Of a DNA stretch of 64,000 bases, positions 41,221-55,440 are shown piece after piece. The notes below the pieces were generated by a model. It did no database searches, was not told the origin of the DNA, and was given only the letters and a program-made list of their open reading frames with translations. The first letter of the stretch is position 1. Each line of letters starts with the position of its first letter. The stretch is from Octopus vulgaris (taxonomy: Eukaryota): positions 50,282,001 to 50,346,000 of the forward strand of contig OX597832.1 in NCBI GenBank assembly GCA_951406725.2, read 5' to 3'. The position numbers and the translations under genes are program-made.

Positions 41221-42080
41221 CATCATCATCATCATCATTTAGCGTCCGCTTTCCATGCTAGCATGGGTTGGACGGGTCAACTGGGGTCTGTGAAGCTGGA
41301 AGGCTTCGTCAGGCCCAGTCAGATCTGGCAGTGTTTCTACGGCTGGATGCCCTTCCTAACGCCAACCACTCCGCGAGTGTAGTGGGTGTTTTTTACGTGC
41401 CACCTGCACAGGTGCCAGACAGAGCTGGCGAACGGCCACGAACGGATGGTGCTTTTACGTGCCACCGACACGGGGCCAGACAGAGCTGGCAAACGGCCAC
41501 GAACGGACGGTGCTTTTACGTGTCACCGGCACGGGGGCCAGCCGAGGCTGGCAACGGACGCGAACGGATGGTGCTTTTACGTGCCACCGACACGGTTGCC
41601 AGACAGAGCTGGCAAACGGCCACGAACGGATGGTGCTTTTACGTGTCACGGACACGAACGGATGGTGCTTTTACGTGCCACCGACACGGGGCCAGACAGA
41701 GCTGGCAAACGGCCACGAACGGATGGTGCTTTTACGTGTCACCGGCACGGGGCCAGGCAAGGCTGGCAACGAACACGAACGGATGGTGCTTTTACGTGCC
41801 ACCGACACGGGGGCCAGGCAGAGCAGGCAAACGGCCACGAGCGAATGGTGCTTTTACGTATCACCGGCACGGGTGCCAGACGAGGCTGACAGCGGACACG
41901 ACCCCTGCTTTCTGATATATGATTTGGTTTTGATTGTTCTCACTGGTCTTGCCGGGTCTTCTCACGCACAGCATACTTCCATAGGTCTTGGTCTCTGGTC
42001 ATTTCCTTGGTGAGACCTAGAGTTCGAAGGTCGTGCTTCACCACCTCGACCCAGGTTTTCCTGGGTCTACCTCTTCCACA
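41221..42080 (-). mobile_element. RTE-clade LINE 3' end with expanded 3' UTR minisatellite
   Basis: Minus strand encodes CGRGRPRKTWVEVVKHDLRTLGLTKEMTRDQDLWKYAVREKTRQ (RTE C-terminus), followed by about nine ~60-bp repeats and a (GAT)n tail. Confidence 0.8.
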
Positions 42081-42540
42081 TCCACACATATATATATACA
42101 ACGGGCTTCTTTCAGTTTCCGTCTACCAAATCCACTCACAAGGCTTTGGTCGGCCTGAGGTTATAGTAGAAGACACTTACCCAAGGTGCCACGCAGTGGG
42201 ACTGAACCCGAACCATGTGGCTGGTAAGCAAGCTACTTACCACTCAGCCACTCCTACGCCTGTATATATATATATCATCACCATCATCATAATTTTTTTA
42301 ATTGGCTTCTTTTCCATGTTAGGATGGGTCAGGTGAGATTTTGCTGAGACAGAATTTTATAAATTGTGAAAGTGCGAGATGGAACCCAGAATCACATGGT
42401 CACAATGCAAACTTCTTAACCATACAGCCATGTACGAATGTGTGTGTGTGGAGAGAGAGGGGGGGAGTAGCTGTAGGAGATCTATCGTAAAGTTTATTAT
42501 TCTTATAAGCTACCTTTTCAAGGGAAAATAAATCATTTCG

Positions 42541-42663
42541 TATATATATGTGTGTGTGTATATATATATATATATACACACACATATATATATATACATA
42601 TACATACATATATATAGATATATATATATATATATATATGCACACACACAAACACACACACAC

Positions 42664-42712
<49 letters not shown>

Positions 42713-42825
42713 CACACACACATATATATATATATACACACACACACATATATATACTTATATATATACACATATATATATATATACATATATATATATA
42801 CATATATATACACATATATATATAT

Positions 42826-42856
<31 letters not shown>

Positions 42857-42859
42857 CAC

Positions 42860-42942
<83 letters not shown>

Positions 42943-42965
42943 TATATATACGCATATATATATAC

Positions 42966-43011
<46 letters not shown>

Positions 43012-43031
43012 TCACACACATATATATATAT
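42541..43031. repeat. Compound (TA)/(CA) microsatellite
   Basis: Directly visible. Confidence 0.95.
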
Positions 43032-44032
43032 TTGCATGAGTCACCTTCAAGGAACCATATAGATAGCTTACTTCAAAACTTACCTTCCCTCCATTCCCCC
43101 TCCTACCACAGTCTCCTTGCTCCCCCTTCCCTCCGCCTCTACCCTCCACAGTCTTCTGTGCTCTGGAATCCTTACTACTCTGTGACTGTCAATTTCTAAC
43201 AGTGGCATTCCCCCACCTCTTCCTTTCCCCACCCACATTTCAGAAGGAGGAGGCGGAGGTGGAGGACCATGGTGAGATGTAGGAGGAGGAGAGGAGACTA
43301 AATAAAAAGAATCACAACAAAGTCAGTGGAATTCTGTCTGAAGAATTCTCTGAATATTTCCAATTTTTAGAATTTTTTTCTGCTGCTTGTTTGCCAGCTT
43401 ACTTGTTATTTTTGTTTCTTTATTTGTTTTTATTTGATTTTTTTTTTGATTTTTTACCTTAATGTCACCTGTCATTTATATTTAATATAGATGTGTGTTC
43501 ATCTACACACACACACACATACACACACACATTCGAGCTTTAATGTAATGGGTACTTTAGAAAACGACAGAGGCACAATAATTTTGATTGACATCCCCCA
43601 CTTCACCCCCTCGGTCTTACAGTCTTATTTGTACTCATATTGTTGACCTCTTTCTGGAAGCAAAGATTGAAAAGCCAAATCTTTACCCTTACAAATATTT
43701 CATTTTACAACTGATAAAGAAATTCCGCAAAGCTTCTTAACTGGCCCCCCTCTTGCAAGTTTGCTCAACTCTTACCTCATTTGTTTATCTATCTGTCTGT
43801 CTGGCTATCTATTTTTCTGTCTATCAGTCTACATATCTATCTGTCTATCTATATAACTCTTTACCTGTCTATGTACCAACCTATCTATCACTCTATTTTT
43901 CTATCACTCTTTCTCTGTTTGTCTATCTGCCCTTCTGTAGCTATCTATCTATCCATCTATCTATCTATCTGTCTGTCTACCTATCTGTCTATCTACCTTT
44001 CCCTCTTTCAATCTACCTGTCTATCTGTTTAC

Positions 44033-44073
<41 letters not shown>

Positions 44074-45249
44074 AACTACCTATCTGTTTGTTTATCTATC
44101 TAGCTATCTATCTATCTGCTTCTCTGTCTGTCTGTCTATCTGCCCATCCAGCTATCAATCTATATATAATGATAAATATTTGTTTATGTCATGGACAAGT
44201 TAAATTGCTTGACCTAACAAAATCTGAAGCCTAGCTCTGTTGACATTCTAGCCCCATTGCTGCTCTGCCTTATTATTGCGCTTGAAGATCTAGTACTTAT
44301 TCCCCTTGGCTGGATGAATTGAGATAATGTAGAATAGGTGCAGGCATGGTTTTGTAGTTTACTTCCCAACCATGTGGACTTGGGTTCAGTACCAGTGCAT
44401 GGAACTGTGAGCATGTCTTTTACTATAGCCCCAGGTTAACCAAAACCTTGTGAGCGGATTTGTTAAATGGAAACTGAAAGAAGTCCCTCATATATGTATG
44501 CTTCTGTGTGTGTTTGCATTTACCATTTACCTTTGTCTTGATATCAGATGATGGTTGTAAATGAATGTCACCTTCATACAAGCGTTATTGTTCATTTCCA
44601 GTTTTCCATGGGACATATTTTATTTTGATTGGCAACAGAAAGAACAACCAGCTGTAGAAAATCTGCCTCAATATATTCTGTCTGACGCATGCAAGCATAA
44701 AAATGTGGATGTTAAATGGTGGTGGTGGTGGTTGATAAACTGTTCCTTCTCACAAAATATGTGGCTGGCTTTGTGTCCTAAATTAGAAATCAATATCATA
44801 ATGAACTTAGCAAGAAAACTTGTTTGTAGCTGACAGCCTTATCTGCCTAGTGTAGCAATCAAATCTCTCACAACCCGAAAATCTTTTCTGCCATTAAAAA
44901 TCCAAACTACATGTTGCTAAGTACAAAATTTAAAGATAAGATATCCTTCAAAGAAAATGGAATGACCATGAACATCATTTTTTCAGTTAGTCATAGCTAC
45001 CTCTTTGCCATAGGTGTGCTCTATCAAGTAGCTAATTGAGGCTTAATTACAGATCTGAGAGGCTTGTCTCGCGAACATCAACATCCATTTTATAATTCAC
45101 ATTGAGCCTCCTCATAACACAAAAACCAACATCATCTCCGACAGCCTCTAATACCAACAGTGTCAAAAGCAGCAAGATGGCAAAATTGTTTGCTTGTTAG
45201 GCAAAATGCTAAGTGGTATTTTGACCATCTTTATGCTCTGGATTCAAAT

Positions 45250-45486
45250 ACCTATTTCTTTACTACCCACAAGGGGCTAAACACAGAGGGGACAAACAAG
45301 GACAGACAAACGGATTAAGTCGATTATATCCACTCCATTGCGTAACTGGTACTTATTTAATCGACCCCGAAAGGATGAAAGGCAAAGTCGACCTCAGCGG
45401 AATTTGAACTCAGAACGTAACGGCAGACAAAATACGGCTATGCATTTCACCCGGCGTGCTAATGTTTCTGCCAGCTCGTCGCCTTA
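45250..45486 (-). mobile_element. S1 SINE nested in an older S1-like SINE
   Basis: Flanked by duplicated TCTGG(A/G)TTCAAAT, the B box of the host copy spanning about 45172-45630 (+). Confidence 0.7.
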
Positions 45487-46094
45487 TCTGGGTTCAAATT
45501 CCACCTAGGTCAACTTTGCCTTTCATCTTTCGGGGTCGATAAAATAGGTACCAATTGAGTACTGGGGTCGATGTAATCAACTTAATCCCTTCCCCTGAGA
45601 TTGCTGGCTTTGTGCCAAAATTTGGAACCAATATTAATCGTGTCTTCAAGCAAGTCAAAATCTGATGAAGGACTTTTGGTTTCTTTCATAGAGATCTTTT
45701 TATTATTAAATGTACTTGACATTCATGTCTGTTGTAATATAAATTCCTTGATTGATCATGATATCATATATTTATAATATAATCTACATGCACTCATGTA
45801 TATACAGAATATTCAAATACATTTCTGTGTGTGTGTTTGTGTCTGTATGTACTTTATTTATAGATTAACAATGCTACCAATGCTTCAAGCAATCCGCAAA
45901 AAAATACTGGTAATTGTCTCTATTTTGGATGAGAATACAGGAGACTATGAAGGTTAAGTAGGTGGGAAGGTGTGGAGGGTGGGGTCATGCTTGAAGTTTT
46001 GATGGTTAAATTGTTGTTTGTGTATTCCAGGAAAAAAAAGTTTCTTCCTCAATGTTCAAAATATTCGCTGTTGATGTTATGGTACTCTCTTTCT

Positions 46095-46290
46095 CTCTTT
46101 TACTTGTTTCAGTCATTTGACTGTGGCCATGCTGGAGCGTCGCCTTTAGTCGAGCAAATCGACCCCAGGACTTACTCTTTGTAAGCCTAGTACTTATTCT
46201 ATCAGTCGCTTTTGCCGAGCCGCTAGGTTATGGGGACGTAAACACACCAGCATCGGTTGTCAAGCGATGTTGGGGGGCACAAAAACAGAT

Positions 46291-46323
<33 letters not shown>

Positions 46324-46486
46324 CAACGGGCTTCTTTCAGTTTCCGTCTACCAAATCCACTCACAAGGCTTTGGTCGGCCCAAGGCTATAGTAGAAGACA
46401 CTTGCCCAAGGTGCCAAGCAGTGGGAAAGAACCCGGAACCATGTGGCTGGTAAGCAAGCTACTTACCACACAGCCACTCCTGTGCC
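46095..46486 (-). mobile_element. S2 SINE
   Basis: Full-length reverse match to 17431-17815. Confidence 0.85.
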
Positions 46487-47199
46487 TATTTAATTTCTTT
46501 GTGATACAGAGGTTGCATTTGGTGCCCCATCCCTTATATTTCCTGGCCTTAGTTATAATGCTCCAATTTATATAGGGGTTGTCTACGCCCCTCTTTTTAA
46601 GGGTCCATACACAACCTGGATAAAGTTTCGGATACTGATTATATGCTCAATATCCATTACAAGCATATACTCCCAGGAATTCATGCTGGAATTCTAAACT
46701 ATACAGATATGTATAACATATATATAACACATTCATGACCTAAACAATTCACAAAAAATATATGTATATGAACTTAAAAGTATCTTTGTGAATTTACAAT
46801 TTCATGGCTTAATTGTACATTCAAAACTTGTGAAACCCCATCAATAATGATATGCATATACTCAAACATCAGTCAAATGAATGTTCTTGCATAAGGTAGT
46901 TATGGCGATTGCTATTCTTGCAAAAATCTAAGGCTAATGCAAGAAAGGTAATAATTAAGAAATTTTTATAAGTTACCATCCCTGATCTATATATTTTGAA
47001 ATCCTGCATAGTTTCATGTAATCTTGTGTACCCTCATCCAAAATGGAGATGATTACCAGTATTTTCAAGTGGAGTGATCGAAGAATTGTAGAGATCTTTT
47101 CCGTGTGAAACCATTGGTAGCTTTGTTAATCTACAAGTGAAAAATATTTACCCATGAAATCTGGTGCTGAACACTTATTCTCACTATTTGATGCCATCA

Positions 47200-47236
<37 letters not shown>

Positions 47237-47329
47237 ATGTAGTTAGTTATACACACACAGAGGAACACAATGCACTGCCCAGCCTGAGAATCCAAGCAAC
47301 AGTCTCTCCTAACCACTAGGCCACCTACT

Positions 47330-47495
<166 letters not shown>

Positions 47496-47601
47496 GGTGT
47501 TGGCTGAAAAGTTCATAGGCTGACAGTCAAACAAGCTTTTGCTGGTTTTATTGATATTTCAAAATGATGATGCTAGGTGTTTCCATTATTTTGTCCAACC
47601 C

Positions 47602-47652
<51 letters not shown>

Positions 47653-48875
47653 AACCTACCCCCACCGTATAACTTTCATAAACACCACCACCAAATAAGC
47701 ACTGTTTGTGGTTCTTTTGTTTTTGTTTAACACATCCAACATCAGTTATTTGAGGTGTAGTTTTGTGTTTGTTTGTTTGAGATAATGCTTCATGTTTGTA
47801 TTTTTTATTATTTGTGAATTTCAGAGAAACATGAGACTGTCTCTAAAACAAATTGTGTCTCAGTGTGTGTGCATGTATAAATGCGTGTGTAAGTGTGTGT
47901 GCACACACACACACTTACACACATACACATACACACAGTGTTTCTATCTCTTGAATTTCCAAAAGAGCTGAGTGTGAAGAAAGCATCAGATGACAGAATT
48001 TTAATTTCAGACTTTTTTCTCTGGTGTTGATGGTGGTAATGGTGATGGTGGTGGTGAAATTTTTGTTCTCTTTTTTTTTGTGTTTATATATTAGCAAAAA
48101 ATAATTATCTTATATACATACATATATACATGAATGTATGTATGTATGTGTGTGTGTGTGTGTGTATATTTTTGGTTGCATATACATAGTGTATGTGTTT
48201 TGTTTATATGCCAAATTTGCTGCGGGATACTATCTGGGGAAACCTCCCTACATGGTGCCGTGTGTTAATGAACACCTGAATATCACAGATCAGGTGGGAA
48301 ATCTCACTGTGGAATCACCAAGAATGGTAGATACTGATATTTTACAATTATTGTGGCTGATCATTAGCATGTACTTGGATCATCCCAAGACGAAGTGAAT
48401 CTCTAGTCTCTGGCTTATTTGGAAGCAAAGTGAAATCTGTTTCCTGGTTTGCTGCAGTGTAACATATCTGAAAGAAAGTTGAAATTATAAATTTAAAGCA
48501 ACAGCTCTAGCAATGTAAGCATTACCAGTCACACTCCTCTCTGAGGTTCACACACTTATTGCAATGGTCCTTCTGTTTTTCTAATCCCTGTTGAAAGAAC
48601 TCAGAAGGTTGGACCTCCAAGCAGGCCTTTTGCAAGACCCTTAAAGCCAGGAACTTATAGCTCTCCTGTGTGACCCCTCTGTCCAGCATTTGCCATGATA
48701 GATCGCTAGCCACTAAACCTTTTTCTGTTTTCTCTCCCTGTTTATTTCTGTGTTCCTTTCTGTCGAAGAGTGTAGGCTTGAAAAGTAAAAAACTTTCTCA
48801 CTTCTTGAGTGTTAAACTAATACATCTGTTTGTTGTTTAAACACCCATCTTCATCTTTTGTTTTTCTGTAAATAT

Positions 48876-48908
<33 letters not shown>

Positions 48909-49191
48909 TCATCATCATCATCGTTTAACATCTGTTTTCCATGCTAGCATGGGTTGGATGGTTCGACCGGGGTCTGGGAAGCCAGGAGGCTGCACCAGGC
49001 TCCAGTCTGATCTGGCAGAGTTTCTACAGCTGGATGCCCTTCCTAACACCAACCACTCTGTAACTGTAGTGAGTGCTTTCTATGTGCCACCGGCATAGGT
49101 ATCACAACTACAATTTCCATTTGATTTTTATTTTGATGTATTTGATTCAATAGGTCTCCTCAAGCACAGCAGGTCACCCCACAAAAAGATG

Positions 49192-49857
49192 GAAGTGGAA
49201 ATAGCATAGAAATAAGTCTAAGACATTTCAGTTTAAGAGGGAATTTATTAAAAATGATTTTAAAAATTATATAAAGAAAATATTACTGGTTTTGACATAT
49301 CTCATCTTATGAAATATCAGTAAAACTTTATAAAAATTTGAAATAAAAACAGTTTATTTCCACAAAGGTGGAGATTCTCAAAAGAATACATCTAACCAAA
49401 GAAAAACCTTTCTTCAACAAGACATTCTTCACAACATACCTATAAACTTACAGCTGGTCACTTTTCAAACATATTGAAAGGATATTTAACACAATACACA
49501 CACACCCTAACCCTAAAACCCATTCAGTAAATGCTTTTTAGCCACTCCCTTGGCAGGAACACACAAAGATTTCTTTTAGACAATAGACACCCCTTCTCTC
49601 ACTCTCTAACACTTTGAACTCTATACCAAACTATATTTAAAAACTTGAAAAATCTCCAGACATGTTCTTGACTCCCCCCCCCTCTCCAACGACAGATGAT
49701 AGACTCTTTTTGAAATTTTAATAAATTTTTACTGATATTTGATAAGATGAGACATCAAAACCAGTAATATTTTCTTTATATAATTTTTAAAATCATTTCT
49801 ATTAAATTCCCTCTTAAATTGAAATGTCTTAGTCTTACTTCTATGCTATTTCCACCT
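49192..49857. mobile_element. Fold-back element with ~150-bp diverged inverted arms
   Basis: GTGGAAATAGCATAGAAATAAGTCTAAGACATTTC... at left and its approximate reverse complement at 49710-49857; a related arm lies at 19402-19512. Confidence 0.7.
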
Positions 49858-50598
49858 TTTATATATATAAAAAATTTGATCTGTATAGATCTTTGATCTT
49901 TTTTCACCTATATATATATATATATACATAGATGACTGGGTGCTGAAAAGTTCCTAGCTTTGGGTAAAAGAAAATACAGAAGGACCAATTAATTATGCTG
50001 CTATTCAGTATATTCCTTTCTCAGATTCACACATATTGCAGTGACCATTCAGTTTTTCTAAGTCCTGTAAAAGAACTCGAAGATTGGGCTTCCAACTAGG
50101 CCTTTTGTGAGACCCAAGCCAGGAACTTTTGTTTGTTGTTGTTTCTTCCTTCTCGAGCCACACCTTGCTCATAGGGCCAGTTTCCTTGGCGTATAGGTTC
50201 CCTACCTGGACAGGACGCTGGTGCATCGCAGGTGAGCTGGAAGATGCAGGAGGAAAGAGTGAGAGAAAGTTGTGGCGAAAGAGTCAGCAGAAGTTCGCCA
50301 TTACCTTCTGCTGGGAGCTGCGTGGAGCTTAGGTGTTTTGCTCATTAACACACACATCGCCCAGTCTGAGATTCAAACCCGCAATCCCTCGACTGCGAGT
50401 CCGCTGTTCTAACCACTAGGCCATGTACCTCCACATCATACATAGAATATTTGCTTATAAGTCGCTGACTAGCGATTCACTTTGTTTATCGAGATGATAC
50501 AGAATACATGGTACCGATAAGATACAATAATGGGAAAATATCAGTATCTACTAGCTAAATGGATTAGCATCACGAAGGACATCTGGTAGTAAAATACT

Positions 50599-51379
50599 TA
50601 TTTCTTTACTACCCACAAGGGGCTAAACACAGAGGGGACAAACAAGGACAACAAATGGATTAAGTCAATTACATCGACCCCAGTGCGTAACTGGTACTTA
50701 TTTAATCGACCCCGAAAGGATGAAAGGCAAAGTCGACCTCGGCAGAATTTGAACTCAGAACGTAGCGGCAGACGAAATACCTATTTCTTTATTACCCACA
50801 AGGGGCTAAACACAGAGGGGACAAACAAGGACCACAAATGGATTAAGTCGATTACATCGACCCCAGTGCGTAACTGGTACTTATTTAATCGACCCCGAAA
50901 GGATGAAAGGCAAAGTCGACCTCGGCAGAATTTGAACTCAGAACGTAGCGGCAGACGAAATACCTATTTCTTTATTACCCACAAGGGGCTAAACACAGAG
51001 GGGACAAACAAGGACCACAAATGGATTAAGTCGATTACATCGACCCCAGTGCGTAACTGGTACTTATTTAATCGCCCCGAAAGGATGAAAGGCAAAGTCG
51101 ACCTCGGCAGAATTTGAACTCAGAACGTAGCGGCAGACGAAATACCTATTTCTTTATTACCCACAAGGGGCTAAACACAGAGGGGACAAACAAGGACAGA
51201 CAAACGGATTAAGTCGATTATATCGACCCCAGTGCATAACTGGTACTTATTTAATCGGCCCCGAAAGGATGAAAGGCAAAGTCGACCTCGGCGGAATTTG
51301 AACTCAGAACGTAACGGCAGACGAAATACCGCTAAGCATTTCGCCCGGCGTGCTAACGTTTCTGCCAGCTCACCGCCTT
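50599..51379 (-). mobile_element. Tetrameric S1 SINE array
   Basis: Four near-identical ~183-bp bodies and one head; exact 15-bp duplication TGGTAGTAAAATACT at 50584-50598 and 51380-51394. Confidence 0.9.
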
Positions 51380-52408
51380 TGGTAGTAAAATACTGTCACA
51401 GAAAAACCATCTGACCAATGCCGGCATGGAAAAGTGAACATAGGACAGTGATGAGCAGTGTGTGTGTGTGTGTGTTTGTAAGAGGCGCTGCAAGATCCAT
51501 GAAAGTAGAAACAACACAGCGAGAAGGATATTCATACCACATCTCTATTGCTGCGATGGCCAGTCATTACACAAACTGATACATCGTTAGCCGTAAGACT
51601 AAGCCTTTCGAAAATGTAGAAGCCCAATTTAAACCCCAGCCAGACAGCCAGCTGGGATATCACTTGATCTATCTTTCCTCTGTGCTTAGGGATCCCATTG
51701 TAGCAACACGCTTCCCGACTGTAACAGACTTGTGCTTGCTTCAATTTGTTTTGTTTCTCTCTTTGCTGCTCAGGGGCCGGCCCTTTTATGGCAGTTATAA
51801 CTTTCACATAGCTTTAGAGCTAAAATTATGGATGTACATATATGTATGATTGTGTATATATATATATATATTGGTGTGTGTATGTACTTGTGTGTGTGTT
51901 TGTGTGCTAGATAACATCTTTATTCATATATGTATGTAAGCACTTATGTAGATTTACATGTACATACTATATTGTGTATGTTTATGTGTGTGTGTCTATG
52001 TAAGTATGTGTGTATGCATGTGTATACACACATATGACATTCATAGATATTGCACTTGTATATAACCATAGCCATTTACATACATCTATCTTTCACTCTT
52101 TATATGTCTTGTATAAATATGTATGTATGTATGTATGTATATATATATATATATATATATTTATGCATATACACATATCTGTATAAGTATATATACATTT
52201 ATGTATATACAGTAACAAGGCATATGAGATTCTCACTAGGCACATCTTAATATTTATCTAATCAGGGCAGTTATTCATTGAGAGTACTCAGCAACTAATT
52301 ATTTATGAGAGATAGAGAGAGATACTATGTATGTACACATACATTCAAAGAAGCACACACATGCACACAGATTCATACATACCTATACACAACAGGTACA
52401 TCAGCATA

Positions 52409-52454
<46 letters not shown>

Positions 52455-52998
52455 TTTACTCCCAAATAAAAGCAACATAGTATTCTGTTTCCTTTTAAAT
52501 AAGGAGGGTCTAAATACTGAGAAAAAAAGAAAAACAAAACAAAAGGTGGGCAGTGTATGCTGTTTTCTTCAGAGAGAAGTGATGGGAGCTTTGGGTAGGC
52601 AAACGATAGCAAGAAAGGGAGATATTGTATGAGATAGTAGGGGAGGTTGGTAAAAGAAAAACATGGAGATGATAAATGCTTTGATATCCTTATCATCTTG
52701 CTTTTGCTGTATTCTGAGTAGGGCTGCAGAGCTAGGGCAGAGCTCCCTCCTCTTCTGCGCACACGCATTCAAAACATACCCTGTGCCCAAGTTTCTATTT
52801 ATATCAAACTGTTCCCTTTTTCTCTCTCTCTCCTTCCTTCAACCTCTCTCTCTCTCTCTTTCTCCCCCCCCCATCTCTCTCTCTCTTTAATTTTTCTTAA
52901 TTCATTGTAGTAAGCAAAAAAAAAAGTATGAGAGATAGACAAACAGATATTGGCAGACATAGACACAGATATCGAACAACATGTAGACATGTATACTA

Positions 52999-53409
52999 GG
53001 TGCAGGAGTGGCTGTGTGGTAAGTAGCTTGCTTACCAACCACATGGTTCCAGGTTCAGTCCCACTGCGTGGCACCTTGGGCAAGTGTCTTCTACTATAGC
53101 CTCGGGCCGACCAAAGCCTTGTGAATGGATTTGGTTGACGGAAACTGAAAGAAGCCCGTCATATATATGTATATATATATATATATGTGCATGTGTGTGT
53201 TTGTGTGTGTGTGTTTGTCCCCCTAGCATTGCTTGACAACCGATGCTGGTGTGTTTATGTCCCCGTCACTTAGCAGTTCGGCAAAAGAGGCCGATAGAAT
53301 AAGTACTGGGCTTACAAAAGAATAAGTCCCGGGGTCGAGTTGCTCGATTAAAGGCAGTGCTCCAGCATGGCCGCAGTCAAATTACTGAAACAAGTAAAAG
53401 AGAAAAAGA
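52999..53409 (+). mobile_element. S2 SINE
   Basis: Full-length match to 17431-17815. Confidence 0.85.
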
Positions 53410-53890
53410 AACCCAGTCTATTCAGCTAAAGTCCTTCAAGGCAGTGCTCCAGCATGGCCGCAGTCCAATGACTGAAATGAAAGATAGGATAAAAGACCAG
53501 AGAGATACTGTGAGAATGTGATCACCTGGAGGAGTAATGAATGTTAGTATGCATGAAAGACTGAGTTCAGGTGGGGTGAGCATTAACTGCATTAGTTGGT
53601 GTCGCAGGAGGTGTGACTGTTTTGGCATGGTATGGATATGTGATGGAGGTGGGTGATGAGTATTGGGTAGAAGAGCATCGCATACGGTCAGCGGAGGATA
53701 TCCCGTGGAAGAGGGAAAATGAAGATGGTAGATGGTCAGATAATAGGAGACAGGGCAGTTGCGATGGGGATAGGGGCTTACTAAAGAGATAAGGAAATAT
53801 TAAGATATTTGGTGATGAGGGAGAAGGAGCGGAACCTGTTTTTAACCGATTCCTTTCTTTCATCTTCCACGTATTTTATTTTGAAAGTGT

Positions 53891-53940
<50 letters not shown>

Positions 53941-54091
53941 AGAGAGAGAGAACAGACTGTTCACACATTTTGTAAAGTGCATACACACACACACGTGTGT
54001 ATGTGTGTGTGTGTGTGTGTAAGTTAATGAGTTTGTATAGTTCCACATATATGTATCTCGTGTATTTGAGTATCTGTGTGGTGCACACGTG

Positions 54092-54137
<46 letters not shown>

Positions 54138-54471
54138 TGTATGTATGTATGTATGTATGTATGTATGTATGTATGTATGTATGTATGTATGTATGTATGT
54201 ATGTATGTATGTATGTATGTATGTATATGTATATGTATGTATGTATATTTATGTATATGTATGTATGTATATATATGTATGTATGTATATGTATGTATAT
54301 ATATGTATATGTATGTATGTATATATATGTATTTACTCCATTGTCTCCCGAGACAGAAAGGATGCCAATACCAATACAATATATATGTATATGTATGTAT
54401 ATATATATGTGTATGTATATATATGTATGTATATATGTATATATATATATATGTGTATATATATATATATA
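54092..54471. repeat. (ATGT)n/(TA)n microsatellite
   Basis: Directly visible. Confidence 0.95.
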
Positions 54472-55031
54472 TGATGGGTATGTACATGTGGGTGTCTCTG
54501 AGTGTTCATAGGTGCATGTAAGATAGTGTATGGTTACATGGTGGAGGTTGTTGTGGATGGTGCTGGCTGCAAATGCCCCAGCGTCTTGCTTTACCCTATG
54601 TAATCTTTCTGCTTGAAAAGATTTTGGTTTCAATAATTATTATTGCTTTAGGTTGCTCTTCCTCCCACCTCACCTCCTATCATTTGTTTTATTCGTTTAT
54701 TTGTTTATTCGATTTTTCGCTATCGTTTATTGATTTATCGGTGAAATAGAAGTGGAGTCTGTACTGTAGGGACACCAGTGTTGACAAAAGTCTTCTTCAA
54801 ATGGCTGCATGGTTAAGAAACTCTCTGCACACCCAACTACGTCGTTTCAGGTTCAATCCCACTATATGGGGCTTTGTGTGAATCTCTGCTACCATGGCTG
54901 CCTTTGGTCCACCAAGGCCTTGTGAGTGAAATTTGAAATACAGAAACAGTACAGAGGGAGAGACTGAGTATATATCATCGTCATCATCATCATCATCATT
55001 TAACGTCCACTTTCCATGCAAACATCCGCTA

Positions 55032-55304
55032 GGCGCAATGGCCCAGTGGTTAGGGCAGTGGACTCATGGTCATAGGATTGCTGTTTCAATTCCCAGACTG
55101 GGCGTTGTGAGTGTTTATTGAGCGAAAACACCTAAAGCTCTATGAGGCTCTGACAGGAGGTGGTGGCGATCCCTGCTGCACTCTTTCTTCTGTTGACCTG
55201 CTCGCTTAGCCAGCGGGATGGCGTCATTTGAAGGCTAAAACAATGCAAAGCGCATTGTGACCAGCGATGTGTAGCAACATCTGATAGCCTGGGCAGTCAT
55301 GATG
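55032..55304 (+). mobile_element. tRNA-derived SINE (family C)
   Basis: A box TGGCCCAGTGG, B-box-like GTTTCAATTCCC, body shared with 31212-31501. Confidence 0.75.
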
Positions 55305-55440
55305 ATACATATATATACACACGTGTGTGTGTTTGTATGTGCATATCTATAATTGTATATACATTTACGTGTGTATGTACAGGTATGTGCATGTATATGT
55401 GTGTATGTGTGTGTGTAAATGTGTGTATCCCAGTATATGT

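Noticed and set aside
41268-42013. Repeat-protein ORFs or a CRISPR-like array
   Set aside because: Units are homologous along their whole length with no unique spacers, and they lie in a LINE 3' UTR in a eukaryote.
42400-43062. YI/CV/HT-rich ORFs here and at 53860-54633 and 61751-63979
   Set aside because: Translations of dinucleotide and tetranucleotide microsatellites.
50683-51117. 144-aa repeated ORF
   Set aside because: Antisense reading of the tandem SINE array, whose period is a multiple of three.
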